This document shows positions 12,101 through 24,939 of a stretch of DNA of 64,000 nt, in pieces. Made by a program: the position numbers and the translations under genes. The first letter of the stretch is position 1. Each line of letters opens with the position of its first letter. The notes under the pieces were generated by a model. That model made no database searches. It saw only the letters and a list, made by a program, of their open reading frames with translations, and was not told the origin of the DNA. Origin of the DNA: Octopus bimaculoides (taxonomy: Eukaryota); assembly GCF_001194135.2 (NCBI RefSeq), contig NC_068982.1, positions 104,598,991 through 104,662,990 of the forward strand, in the 5' to 3' direction.

Positions 12101-14334
12101 CACTCATTCACGCAGTGCCAGTGAAAGGTAGTATTTCTTTTTGACTCCGCATGTGTTGTGCTTAAAAACATGTTTATATTCTTGAATGTGATAAAGTGTA
12201 GAATTAGATTATTATCCTGCTTCCAGCTTCAGTGTTGCTGCCAGGATTTGAAAAATAGGGCAGATTCCCCCCCCCCCCTTATTTTGTGATTTCTGGGGGA
12301 TTTTTGAAAAACAAGGGGGAATTCACGGCAGTGTTCAGTGAACAAATTAAATACACTACCCAGCAGTGGCTAAAACGTGAACTGGTCAAGTTTATGTATA
12401 TTCTTTTTATATGTTTGTTTCCTTTTACACAATATTAAAACAATGGCTAAAAATTCTCTGAAGCAGCACCCCCACTAATTTTATCTACAAGCCACCACTG
12501 GTTATGACATTATTTAAAATTGAGGACATTTTGTGAACAATGAAACTAATTTTTTATAGGGCATTAAATTCACAAACTTCTATTTTCATATTAAAAATAA
12601 AGCTCCATGTGTTCAATTTCAGCTTGAACATATATGCTACATAGACATGGCCAAGCACAGGTATGGGTGAATAGTTAAGAAGTTCACTTCACAATCATAA
12701 TGTCTCAGGTACAATATGTTTTACTTTATTGTACTCATAGATTGTGGTCTAGGTCTGCTTAAAAACAAGATTAAAGGCCTCTGTCTCTTTTCACTTATTA
12801 CTTTACTTTCTCCACTTGTTTCAGTTTAGAAAATTCTAGTTAGTGTGCCTTTCTTGAATTGATTACATGTCAAGTAACTGAAATAATTTTTATGATACAA
12901 AAATCACTATTTACACAGACTTCTTAAAACTATATAGATAATTATGTACTTTAGGCCCATGTATGTTATTATACACAAAGAAATGGAGAAATGTATGAGA
13001 CATATAGCATTTTATATTATCTGATACACATATTACATGTGTTATGTTGTGATTGTTTATTTGTTTCTTACTGCTGTTGTGAGCCTCTTGTCATGTATTA
13101 CTACTTTCCCTAAATAATTGTCTGTATTAGTTGAAACATACTCATAAAACATTCAAGCAATCTTAGTTTGATTGTGGTAGTTTAAGATATTGTAATTTCA
13201 TTTCTTAGTGAAACCAAAAGATTGTATGTCTAATGAGACAGACAGCATCCATGTACATTTTATGCTCATTTAGAAGAGATATGGAAGTCAGGATAATTGG
13301 GTGAAGTTACTGTAATTAACATTCATTTTGAAGTGTTAAAGATTAATGCTCGGGGGAGAAAACGAGAAGTAAGGTTGCAGACTTAAGGAAAGGGCCATAG
13401 ATAAAACATTTATCATGAGTGTCTGACATAATAAGACAGTAAAAGCAATAAAAGAGAGAAAGGGAAGTGCATCAAATGAGTTTAGAGTGGAGGTGACATA
13501 GAATTGGTATTTCCAAAGAAATAGAAAGAGACACAGCTGAGCACTGGACTGTTGGCTGCTGTGTCTATTATTTTTAGTTGCAATATTAACTATTGATTTT
13601 AAATTTTGGCACAAGATCAGCAAATTCATGGGGAGTGGGTAAGTTTACATTGATCCCATTGCTTAACTGGTATTTATTTTACGAACCCAAAAGGATAAAA
13701 GGCAAAGTCGACCTCAACAGAATTACAATATTAAATATTAAAAACAAATATTCTCTGCTCTCCTTATTTCAGACAACCAATGGAAGTAACATAGTAGAAG
13801 TACCACATCTACTGAACCATCCCAAAGTGGACAATTCTGAAAGTGAGAAAACTCAGTTGCTAACAGTAAATTCAGACAGTGAAAAATTGTTACCAGAACC
13901 TCACAGTACTCAACAACCAGATAAAAAGCAGGAGGCTATCAACTATTGTATGTTAAGCAAGAGTGATACAACTACCAATAGAACAGTGCCAGACAGTGAC
14001 ACAAAACCACACTCAAAAAGTTCCATTCTGCAGCCTTTAAGTGACCTTCGTGAGTTTCTGATTTAAAATTACTCCTTTTATAGAATAACTCTCATCAGTA
14101 AATACATCTTATCTTTTCTGTTACTTGTTTCAGTCATTTAACTGGCGTACTACCTTGAAGGGTTTTAGTCGAACAAATCAATTTCAGGACTTTTTTTTTT
14201 TTTAAAGTCTGATACTTATTAGATCGGTCTCTTTTTGTGAAACTGCTAAGTTATGGAGATGTAAACACACTAACACCGGTTGTCAAGCAGTGGTGGGGAA
14301 CAAACACAGAAACAAAGACACACACACATATATT

Positions 14335-14372
<38 letters not shown>

Positions 14373-16664
14373 TATATACAAGCAACGTTCAGTTTCTGTC
14401 TACAAATCCACTCACAAGGCTTTGGTCGGCCCAAGGTTATAGTAGACACTTGCCTAAGGTGCCACACAGTGGGACTGAACCAAGAACCATGTGGTTGGAA
14501 AGCAAGCTTCTTGCCACATCAAAAGTGTAGTTGTCATTGCTTCCAACAGTACCCACTCCTATGTAGACAGTACCACCATTCATACATTCATAATCTTTGC
14601 AACCTAGACAACTCAGACCAAACCTACACTGAGTCTATGAAGAGACCTGAAAAGCATCCTTCAATGGGGTCATGCCAGTCTTGTCTCCTTCTACAGCTTG
14701 TTGTATGTGAAGCATTCGAAGTTAGACTTGTTTGTATTTATGTTTCCATTAAGACATACATATCCAGCAATACGGAAGTATTACCTTACTTGGAAACAGC
14801 TGAGAGTTGGCCTCAACAAACTCTGTCTGACCCAAACTAGCATGGAAAAGAGAACGTTAAAACGATGATGATGATGTTAATAATAACTAAGAACTCAATT
14901 TTAGCTCTTCCTTGATGTTTATATTTTTTGTTATGCTTAAATGAGAAGAGTTGTTTGTTTGAAAGATATATTTTGATAGAAAGTAACATTCAAGGATATT
15001 TTAATAGAAATACTTTTATAATTATCTTTCTTTCTAGCAAAGACTGAAAAAGTTAAACGAAAGAAGAAGAAAAACAATGTTGTCCCTATTGACACACCAG
15101 ATGACAAGGAATTATCTGCCACCACCAGTACCTCATTGACATTCATAACCTCTCCACCGATTACAAACTTGGCCACAGATTCTGTTGAAGAAAGTAAGTA
15201 GAGTTCACGAATCATTTCATTGTTAGCTTTAGTTTAACTGAATGAAAAATTCTGTATTTATATTTAGCATAATGAAGAATGGCATGCCATATTTTGTAGC
15301 ATGTAGTTTAGTGTTCAAGTCTCTTGTTTTATTGGTAATTGCTAGCTGTAATAAGACATTACCAGTTTCTATATACCTACTTTTCACTTAGTTAATAACC
15401 TTAGCTAGAAAATCTTTATTTTAAAAATGTTTTCTTAAAGTATAGAACTAGATCATGTTAAAGGTAACAGGCAGTTGTTTAAATAAGCAGCTGATTACCT
15501 AGCCAGCTACATTAATCAAACACATTTGTAGGTCAGGCAGTCACATTTTCTCTCCATTTTGCTTCCAGTTCCCCACTCTACACACATAACCAAAGCCCCA
15601 CCTCTAAATATACTTACCTCATGGCCATTACCAGCAAGTAAAGAACCAACTCCACTCCCTTCAGCCTAAGAGGCAGCGAGCTGGCTGAAACATTAGCACG
15701 CCGGGCGAAATGCTTAACGGTATTTCATCTGCCGTTACGTTCTGAGTTCAAATTCCACCGAGGTTAACTTTGCCTTTCATCCTTTCAGGGTCGATAAATT
15801 AAGTACCAGTTACGCACTGGGGTCGATGTAATTGACTTAATCCCTTTGTCTGTCCTTGTTTGTCCCCTCTCTGTTTAGCCCCTTGTGGGCAATAAAGAAA
15901 TAAGGTGAATGATTCTGAAAGTGTTCCTACAATGAATGTATCCCTAAGTTTCTCAAGTCTTACTTCTAATGCTACTCACACACTCATAGGCTGATAACAC
16001 TTAGTAACTTTTCATACTCGCAATACCTACAATGTGTACACCTCACACCAGATATACACCAACATTAATATATATCTTCAGAACATCCTCCATAGCCTCA
16101 TCATTCAACATCACTAAATCTGACTCGGATATATAAGCAAAATTGAGGGTATTTTCTGCCACTAAAGATACAGCTTTGGCTATGTTATTGAGGTGCTGTA
16201 GCAATAATATTGATTTCTCATAAAAAGTCATCAGAGAGTGTGAAGCCTAACATTTATAAATTTTGTGAAATTTTTGTTTACAAGTAATATTTTTCATAAG
16301 GCGGCGAGCTGGCAGAATCATTAGCACGCCGGGCGAAATGCTTAGCGGTATTTCGTCTGCTGCTACGTTCTGAGTTCAAATTCCGCCAAGGTCGACTTTG
16401 CCTTTCATCCTTTCGGGGTTGATTAAATAAGTACCAGTTACACGCTGGGGTCGATATAATTGACTTAATCCGTTTGTCTGTCCTTATTTGTCCCCTGTGT
16501 GTAGCCCCTTGTGGGTAGTAAAGAAATAACAAGTAATATTTTCTTTTTTTCTTTTTCCTCTCTTCACAGATACTTTTTCTCAGAAGTGGAATTTGGTTGA
16601 AGAATTACCAACTGTTGAAAACTTACAGCTAATTGATGAGAAGATGGATGCTAATGTTAGTTGA
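1926..16664 (+). CDS. ARL13B: ADP-ribosylation factor-like protein 13B (ciliary Arf-like GTPase, ARL3 GEF family); 9 coding exons, ~441 aa
   Basis: Exons 1926-1984, 4013-4083, 6405-6657, 7869-7974, 8879-9081, 11462-11567, 13773-14049, 15038-15193, 16570-16664 (TGA). All introns GT-AG with compatible phases, total 1326 nt. Translation: MLTVFRNC (Cys8, palmitoylation position), P-loop [14 protein letters not shown] (Gly in place of the catalytic Gln, diagnostic of ARL13), NKQD, coiled coil NERVV...[14 protein letters not shown] motif, [11 protein letters not shown]. Exons 1-6 are secure; exons 7-9 rest on splice signals, frame and the basic/VxP motif. Confidence 0.93.
2279..2347. repeat. (CT)n microsatellite
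   Basis: Direct reading. Confidence 0.95.
2920..3260 (+). mobile_element. Short non-autonomous repeat made of the RTE 3'UTR with (GAT)n tail
   Basis: Ends AAGGGCATCCAGCTGTAGAAA...CCAACCCATGCTAGCATGGAAAGCGGACGTTAAACAATGATGATG. Other copies at ~5826-6088, ~7560-7730, ~9729-9900(-), 41405-41770, ~46250-46460(-), ~47696-47873(-), ~59290-59465, ~63840-64000(-). Confidence 0.8.
4345..4726 (+). mobile_element. tRNA-derived SINE (second family), full length with 15-bp TSD
   Basis: A-box/B-box-like head (TGACCCAGTGG...GTTTCAATTCCC), (ACA)n tail, exact TSD ATTTTATACATCATG at 4330-4344 and 4727-4741. Closely matches 48814-49198. Confidence 0.9.
10078..11007 (-). mobile_element. 5'-truncated RTE-clade LINE (RT C-terminus, 3'UTR, (GAT)n tail)
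   Basis: ORF 10550-10909 ...[15 protein letters not shown]...[13 protein letters not shown]...DRDLWR is a typical RTE C-terminus; the 3'UTR ends GACGTTAAACGATGATGATG. Confidence 0.85.
11808..12500. mobile_element. Non-autonomous hAT-type element (MITE)
   Basis: 11-bp TIR CAGTGGTGGCT (11808-11818) / AGCCACCACTG (12490-12500), flanked by 8-bp GATATGAC (11800-11807) and GTTATGAC (12501-12508), a 7/8 match. An 8-bp TSD is typical of hAT. No ORF. Confidence 0.7.
15668..15903 (+). mobile_element. SINE, same family as 16297-16528
   Basis: Collinear with 16297-16528 from head to AATAAAGAAATA tail. Confidence 0.8.
16297..16528 (+). mobile_element. SINE (third family, MetaSINE-like central domain) with ~14-bp TSD
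   Basis: GGCGGCGAGCTGGCAG head, GTTCAAATTCC B-box, GCCTTTCATCCTTTCGGGGT...AAATAAGTACCAG central block; TSD ACAAGTAATATTTT at 16280-16293 and 16529-16542. The Meta-domain label is from memory. Confidence 0.8.
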
Positions 16665-18401
16665 TACCTGAAGTATTTTAGGAAAGCAACTGTTTGTCTT
16701 AGCATGAATGAATTAGTTATTTATTTTACTTATGGCTCACCACTATTTTTAATGAGATTGCAACGAGTTTTGAATACTTTTTACTATGAGATTAAGATCT
16801 ATTTTTTTTACTTATCAGACCCTCCAATTCTTTAAAATCCCTCCATATAACTCTTCGAAGCAAAAAAGGGCACAAACAAACTTTTTATAACAGTATTTTT
16901 CATCAAAATTTATATTGAATGTAAAACTTGTAGATGCAGAAACTTTTGAAGATAGTTTAAAAAGCTTAACAAAATCTAACAGCTTTTATTTACTGTTTCT
17001 GCTGTTTATTGGACAAGGGTCTTCAATATGATTCACAAATCATTTGGAAACATATTTATGTTATAAAATAAAAATAATTTATTCATCTCCAATATATGTT
17101 TTGTTAGATGAAAATGGATTATTAATGTATTGTCATTTATGAAAAAAGTACATTTAATACTGATACAACCAGTTTTTAGTTGCATGTTCTGTAAGTCACT
17201 CTTGGCTATTTTGTTTCTATGTTCCCTTTGTCCCATCTCATCAGTTAAAAAAGAAATCTTAATCTACCATCTGTGACATACCAACTCCACTCTATATTAT
17301 AATTTTTTTACATCTACTTTTCCATATTTACATGGAGGATGGTATTTTGTTGGTCTAATTATTTCTACAGCTAGATATTCTTCATACTGCAGTGGAGAAT
17401 TTTTTTTTTAACAATCAAGGAAACTGAAGCAGAGATAAATGCACACAATGCAATGGTTATATTAAGATTAAATATATTATTGTGTGGTCAGTTGTCCAGC
17501 AAATCAATGATGAGACACAATAGCTGTGAAGTTAAACATTCCTTTATTTATATTTCTTGTAAAACATGTTTTAAGTTCCTTGTGTCCATTCCGTCTCATA
17601 TTGCAGGCATTTTATTGCCAAAGTATCTAACAGAAAGATGGTGTATGGCAGTGAAACCAGAAAGTCAGAAGTGGAGTATATCTTGTTGAACAATAAATTG
17701 AGTAGATATGAGTTGAATAAGTAACTAAGTGTCAAAGCCATTAGTAGTCATTTTGTTACATGTGTTTGTCACGCTTCCAAAGCAATGAAAAAATTTTAAG
17801 ACCTTAATTTCCATTTGGGTTTTATCAACCTTCATTGGAATTTTCTAGAACACCAGATGATTGCAGCACTACCATCAATACTGCTACAGTCATTGTTCTG
17901 TTCAGGAGTTTGATGCCATTACCAATTTGTGTCTTTCTGTGCTACAGTTTCACATCAGGATCATATTCATTTGAATGTCCAATTGTTTTTTGAATTTGTT
18001 AACAGTTGCTCTGTGTTCTGAAGATTATTGAAGAACCAGGGTTCCTTTAAATCCTAAGCTATTGCAATATCTAGTCCTAATTACAGATAGCACTTTTGCA
18101 GCTATGCAATTCTCCTCTAGTTGGAAGGTACCTGCAGTTTTCAATTCTAAAGGTATTCAAAACGTAAATTGCAGCACATCTTTCTCATACATAATATTTA
18201 TAATTAAAGCTGTTTCTAAAAGATAACTCGAGATACAAATAATCTATTAGGTTGTTTACTTGACACACATTTGAAAAATCTCAAGCAAACACACACATAC
18301 TGATATACAAAAATACATAAATAACTTGGCATATTTTTCTGTTCTTGTAACAAAATAATTGTTTTATATACTGAAGATACAATTCAAAAACAGAGAGAGA
18401 A

Positions 18402-19010
18402 TCATCTTCATCATCATCGTTTAACGTCCGTTTTCCATGCTGGCATGAGTTGGACAGTTCAACTGGAGTTTGGGAAGCCCCCCCCCCCCGTCTGATCTGC
18501 CAGTGTTTCTACAGCTGGATACCCTTCCTAATGCCAACCACTCAGAGTGTAATGGGTGCTTTTTACATGCCACTGGCACAGGGGCCAGAGGAGCTGGCAT
18601 TGACCACGATCGGATGGTGCTTTTTACGTGCCACTGGTACAGAAGCCAGTGAAAGCGGCACTGGCTTTGGCCACGTTCAGATGGTGCTTTTTACATGCTA
18701 CCAGCACGGGGCTCACAACTACAATTTCCATTTGATTTGATTTTGATATTGCTGATGTTGATCTACTTGACTCAATAGGTCTCCTCAGCATGGCATGTCG
18801 CCCTACGATCCAAGGTACTTTTGAGTGGGCTGGTTATGTGACACTGGTGTAGGTTACAGCTGTGAACTCACTGTATTTGCTGGGTCTTCTCAGTCACAGC
18901 ATATCTCCAGAGGTCTCGGTCTTTTGTCATTGTCTCTGTGAAGCCCAACATTTGAAGGTCACGCTTCACCGCCTCATCCCATGTCTTCCTAGGTCTCCCT
19001 CTACCCCGGA
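18402..19010 (-). mobile_element. 5'-truncated RTE LINE, same family as 10078-11007, between the ARL13B and WDR3 3' ends
   Basis: Collinear with 10078-10690, with a (CAT)n tail on the + strand. Confidence 0.8.
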
Positions 19011-19630
19011 TATGTGATGAAAGTTATGTCAAAGAGTCATCTCGCCAGAAGCTAACCTTTACTATTCATACTCATTAACCTTTTTGATACAAATCTACCT
19101 AAGCTGTTCCTGGTTCTGCATACTTTAAAGGGATCTAAATTAAAACCTTATATATCAGTTTTCACAACTTATATTCTAAACATCATCTTAATAACAAGGT
19201 TATCATAATAAATTTTTCTTTATCTTCAAAATTAATTGAAACACTGGTAGTATTATTTTTTTTAAAGAGAAATATGGTAACAACAAGATTAAAATTACTT
19301 TTGTATAATTTACAATTTCACACATCCAGTTTCATGCCCCACAATTCCCATTGTTAGAGTAAGAGATGAATCAGCTTTAGATCCAAACACATAACTCAAG
19401 ATATGTCAACCCTTGAGGATAGAAATGGCAAATGAGAAGGCCTGTCTGTGATGACTAGGCTTCTGTTGTTCACTCAGTGTATGGTTGCACTAGCATGCTT
19501 CCAACTTAAGGCTTACTCTATGCATGGTAACAACTGATTTCAAAACATTTTGCTATCCAACTTTCATTCCTTAATATGAGAAAATAATTTAAAAAATCCA
19601 AATCAAAACAGATCAAAATTTAATTTTTTT

Positions 19631-22600
19631 TTATTTAACATCAGTAACTTCAAAATTGTCTGATATATCACCATTACTATATTGTCTTTGCAGCATTTTG
19701 AGGGCATAAAGATTATAACCACTTGTATCCTAGAAAGGAAGAGGAATAAATAGATATTATTGAAAATAAATAGCAAAAAATCATAAAAATAACAGTCCCT
19801 ATTATACATAGCATCATCATCACTTGAATGTCCACAGATTTTCAACAGTTAGATACCCTTCTTCTTGCTAAACTTTCGCCTGTTTCCAGAGAAAACATTT
19901 TTCCTTAGTCTGGTCATTTTACATAAAGATAGTAAAAAACAGACCTACAGGCAGAATAATATATTATTCCAGAAGATGGAAATAATAATTGTACCAAAAA
20001 CACTAACACTTTGGATTATCAAATTCAAAGTTTGTAATTTAATCATCATTTGGTGGAATATGCCATGCTGTGATAATAAGTTCATGATGATTTAAGCCAA
20101 TGGACTCAGCTGAAACTATTTTCTTTCACTGAAACTCACACAGGCATAGCTGTGTGGTTTAGAAGTTTGCTTCCCAACCACATGGTTTCAGGTTCAGTCC
20201 CACTGCTTAGTACCTTGAACAAGTGTTTTTTCTACTATGGCTTCAGGCTGACCAAAGCCTTGTAAATGAATTTGGCAGATGGAAACTGAAAGAAGCCCAT
20301 CATGTACACGTGTGTTTGTGTGTGTGTTAGGATCTCTTTATCTTAAGCTTTGCATGAGAGGTAAGAGTGTCAGCATCAAGCAAGTGGTGTCTTTTGCTTC
20401 CAATCTTCCATGAACATATGTCTGGTTATAGGAAAAATATAATCTCACTTAGAATCAGATGAGGGTTGGTGACAGGAAGGGCATCCAGCTGTAGAAAATC
20501 TACCTCAGTAAATTTTACCCACCCATGCAAGTATAGAAAAGTGAACGTTGAAATGATAATACGCCACTAATGTTTTAGAAGAAAGGAAGAATGCTACTTC
20601 ATGTAAACATCCCTGTGAACAAGGTCATCAGCATAAAGGAGCTCCCAGGGGCAGCCTGTCTTGAATTCCTGTTATTGCCTGGAGGACTATGATGAATAAG
20701 AGGGGGCTGAAGACTGATCCTTGGTGNNNNNNNNNNGTTATTGCCTGGAGGACTATGATGAATAAGAGGGGGCTGAAGACTGATCCTTGGTGGACCCCTA
20801 CCTCTACCCGGAATTCTTCACTGTACTCATTGCTAACCCTCATCTTACTGACAGCATCCCTGTGTGTATATGAATGTATTTTAGAAATATTGTGCATATT
20901 CAATGACAGGGGAAACCTAGGCTATTTTTGAAAGCCAGTTTGAGTAACAAACTGACACACATTATTTGTATAACAGTTTCCTAAGCTTCAGAAGATTGTA
21001 AAGGATAATTGTTTGAAAAAATATATTTGATAACAATCAGCTGCCATTAAAATTGCTTCTACAACCATTGCTAGTTATTATGTTTGGTACATTTTATTGT
21101 TGTTGCTTATCCAAAGGTCAGTCCTGATCAAAAGCATTCCAACCATGACTACCATCTGTGTATTTAAAATGACATTATCTAATATGCTTTTGTCTTAAAA
21201 TAGTAAAGATGTAATTTGAAGACAATTTGGCTGCTATTTCCAGCAGATCAGGTAACCCACTTGGGCAACCCCCAACAGGAAAAGGAGAAAGGACTGTGGA
21301 GATGAGTTATCAAGGTATATGCTCAAGGTACAAGAAGGTACATAATAAGAAAATAGGGGCAGAAAATTGAGGAAGGCTAAGTGGAAATGTACATTCACAA
21401 GAGTGTGACAGGCAGTAGAGGGCTGAAGTGAAGGCACTAAATGGTAAATATAGACAGAGGGGTTGACAATGGTGAGTCTCAGAGGGAATCTAATGAAAAA
21501 AGGAGTTGGTCATGAAAGAGATGGCAGGTAGTAATATATATTAAAAAAAAGCTATTATCATTAATAAATACTTTTTAATAAAGCCACTGGTTATTTGTTA
21601 TATCAATGTCTGAAAAGATACTGATATTCTAAATATTGTAACACCAAGCTTTGACAGCATGCAGTGATTGGACGTTTCCCACTGATGATTTCCAGTAGAA
21701 TGAAATCATATATGGAAGTTCCAGAACCCATGGCAGATGATTCTGCTACAATCCATGTGTGAGCTTTTATGAGGATTCCTCAAGACTAATAATGCAGTAT
21801 TCAGTGTTCCATGTTAAGTTGGATATAAAGATCACTTTACTTCATTTAATGTTTGGAAATCATGGATTTGAGTTTAAAATGGTGATATAAAAAAAAACAA
21901 CCTAAGTTACAGATTAAACAATATTTTTAAACTGTAGAAGAAATTAGAAATAAAAGAAATCTTACCACAAGTTCAGATACATGTTCTTGAATGTCTTCAT
22001 TTAATTTCAATAAAAATGGAAGAATGCTCTTATCAACCAGCAACTGGTTATGATGAACTCTAGAAACAGAAACAGGAAAAACTATCATGTAAAGATCACC
22101 TTTTTCTCATTTTTTATTATTTCCAGGTTCATGTTTCTCATAAACCACTGACACAATAAGAAGGAGGTGAGTGTGGTTAATTAAACAGATCCACTACAAA
22201 GTTGACTCTAGCAAGATTTAAACTCAGAAAGTAGAGTACTAAATGCAGCTCAACCTCTTATTAATACTGTACAAATTCTGCCATACACAACCATGAGCAT
22301 TATCAATATATTAACTACATAGTATTAGTGTATCCCAGGTTAGGAGGGGAGGTGAAACATTCAACTACTTGGACTAAATCAAAGAATGCTGAAGTGAAGT
22401 GGAAATAATTCTAAACAAAAAAATTATGGTAACAAAGGCTTATCATTTTTGTCACAATTTACTATATTGAGATCTCTTTCTTGTAGTTGACAAAATGACT
22501 TACAGTATCTTTTGCATATTTTATTGACACCAAAAGAATAAAAAATATTATCAATCCTGGTGAGATTTAAACAAAGATCAATTTTATAATAAATATTTTT

Positions 22601-24447
22601 TAGGATTCTTATTATTGGAACCTATAAATATTTTATAGGTTCCAAACTCCACACCCTAGATAAATATAATCCTTCTTTTGACAGGCTGCAGGTTAAATAT
22701 AACCTCTAAACATATAAGATTATTATAAACTGCAGTAAGAGTTATTCCCATCAAGTACAATCTTCTCCATAATACTCTAAGTCATTTAAATTTAAAATTA
22801 TCTTGAACCATTCTACTTTTACAGTAATGTAAATTCATAATTTTTTTTTTTACAGGAATAATGTGGGTGCATGTATTTGCAATGTTATACATTTGCATGA
22901 ATTGCTAGAGCAGGTTCATTAAAGCAAGACACACTTTCTGAAGGCCAGAAACGAACTAATATATGACTAATATGTATGTAATTTTCCATTAGCTGAGACA
23001 AATCAAGAATAGTGTGATTTACTAGAAAAAAACTTGGCAATACATATTGTAGGGCTTGATCTTACAACCAGTAAGTCAATTTCATAATAAACACTTCCTC
23101 ACCAAACTTCTCATTACAATGGTGGTATCAATTACCCAATTTTGAACTGTTTGTAATTCACTTACCTAAGAAGAAATAATATAGCATTTATAGACTTCAT
23201 AGTACACCATTTTGATGTCACAAATTTATGCAGCAGCTTCAGAAGGATAACAGCACAGTGATAAGGGAGACCCAGCAATGTACCATTCAACTCACTAGAA
23301 TAGAGTAGCAAATATGACAACAGATAAGAAACCAGCTTTAGTTAAAAATGACAATCTGACATGACAACAGACCTACAACAAATGCAGTATCTGCTGCTAT
23401 CACCTGTCACTGACACTCACAAATGTCAACCATATTTGGCAGTCATCATCATCAGCATTTAATGTCCACTTTTCCAAGCTTGCATGAATCCAATGAATTT
23501 GTTGAGGTATTTTTTCTCTGGCTGGATACCTTTCCTCTTGCCAACCCGTGCCTGTTCCCAAGCAAGGTAATATTGTCCCATAGCTAGATATGTTTTTCAT
23601 GAAAGACTAGAAATGAACAATCTTGCTTCTATGATGATGATGTCCATTTACAACCATCACAGGATGTCCCAGACAAAGGTACATGCAAACACATACACAC
23701 ATACATCCACACGTCAGGCTTTCTGTCTACCAAATCCATTCACAAGGCTTTGGTTGACTTAGGGCTACAATAGAAAACACTTGCCCAAGGAGCTGCACAG
23801 TGGGACTGAACCAAAACCACATGGTTAGGAAGCAAGCTTCTTAACCATACAATAACATTTGCACCTATATGCAGTCATACTTGTGCCTATATACAGCCAG
23901 GACTGCACATGATAATATGAGCTGCCTTTACATATGTCACAAATACTTGACTGAGGCCAATACAGTCTCTGACAGTAGCCACAGGTGTTATTGTCAGAGT
24001 CTGGCACTCATCACTGCAGCTGTTTACAAGCTGACAGGTAACATCATACCCTTTATTTTGTTTATATACTATAGTTGATGGCATAAAAATAATTAATTCC
24101 TAAGATGTCAGAAATATGAAAGAAAAGAAATGAAGTTACTTTAGTGTCAATAAAGGTAATATGTTTTCAAGAAAGAGGAGGAGGGGCTTCTAAACTTTCT
24201 GAATAAAAAGACAATAACTTCTCCTGAGAGTAACCAAGTGTGTAACATCAGCTGCTTACCTGGCATTAATTCGTTTAAAGATTTCTCGGACATATTTCAC
24301 AGTATTATCAACCCCATAAGCTAACAGAAATGGATTGGTGGCAGCATCTGCAATCTAAAATTGAGAAGTAACGTTGTTATAAGTTTAACTATAAATGGAA
24401 AGGAGAAAGTTGTGTATAGGTGGGTAGATAGACAGATAGGGATACAA

Positions 24448-24486
<39 letters not shown>

Positions 24487-24892
24487 NNNNNNNNNNNNNN
24501 NNNNNNNNNNNNNNNNNNNNNNNNNNNNNNNNNNNNNNNNNNNNNNNNNNNNNNNNNNNNNNNNNNNNNNNNNNNNNNNNNNNNNNNNNNNNNNNNNNNN
24601 NNNNNNNNNNNNNNNNNNNNNNNNNNNNNNNNNNNNNNNNNNNNNNNNNNNNNNNNNNNNNNNNNNNNNNNNNNNNNNNNNNNNNNNNNNNNNNNNNNNN
24701 NNNNNNNNNNNNNNNNNNNNNNNNNNNNNNNNNNNNNNNNNNNNNNNNNNNNNNNNNNNNNNNNNNNNNNNNNNNNNNNNNNNNNNNNNNNNNNNNNNNN
24801 NNNNNNNNNNNNNNNNNNNNNNNNNNAGCCTCCTGGCTTGCCAGTCCTTAGTCAAACACATGCCAGCATGGAAAGCAGACGTTAAACAATGA

Positions 24893-24939
<47 letters not shown>

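Noticed and set aside
13593-14066. 157-aa ORF as a standalone gene
   Set aside because: Its 5' part is SINE/intron sequence and the rest is ARL13B exon 7 (13773-14049).
20671-20792. Exact 56-bp direct repeat on both sides of a 10-N gap
   Set aside because: Identical sequence flanking a fixed-size gap is the signature of an unmerged contig overlap, not a biological duplication.
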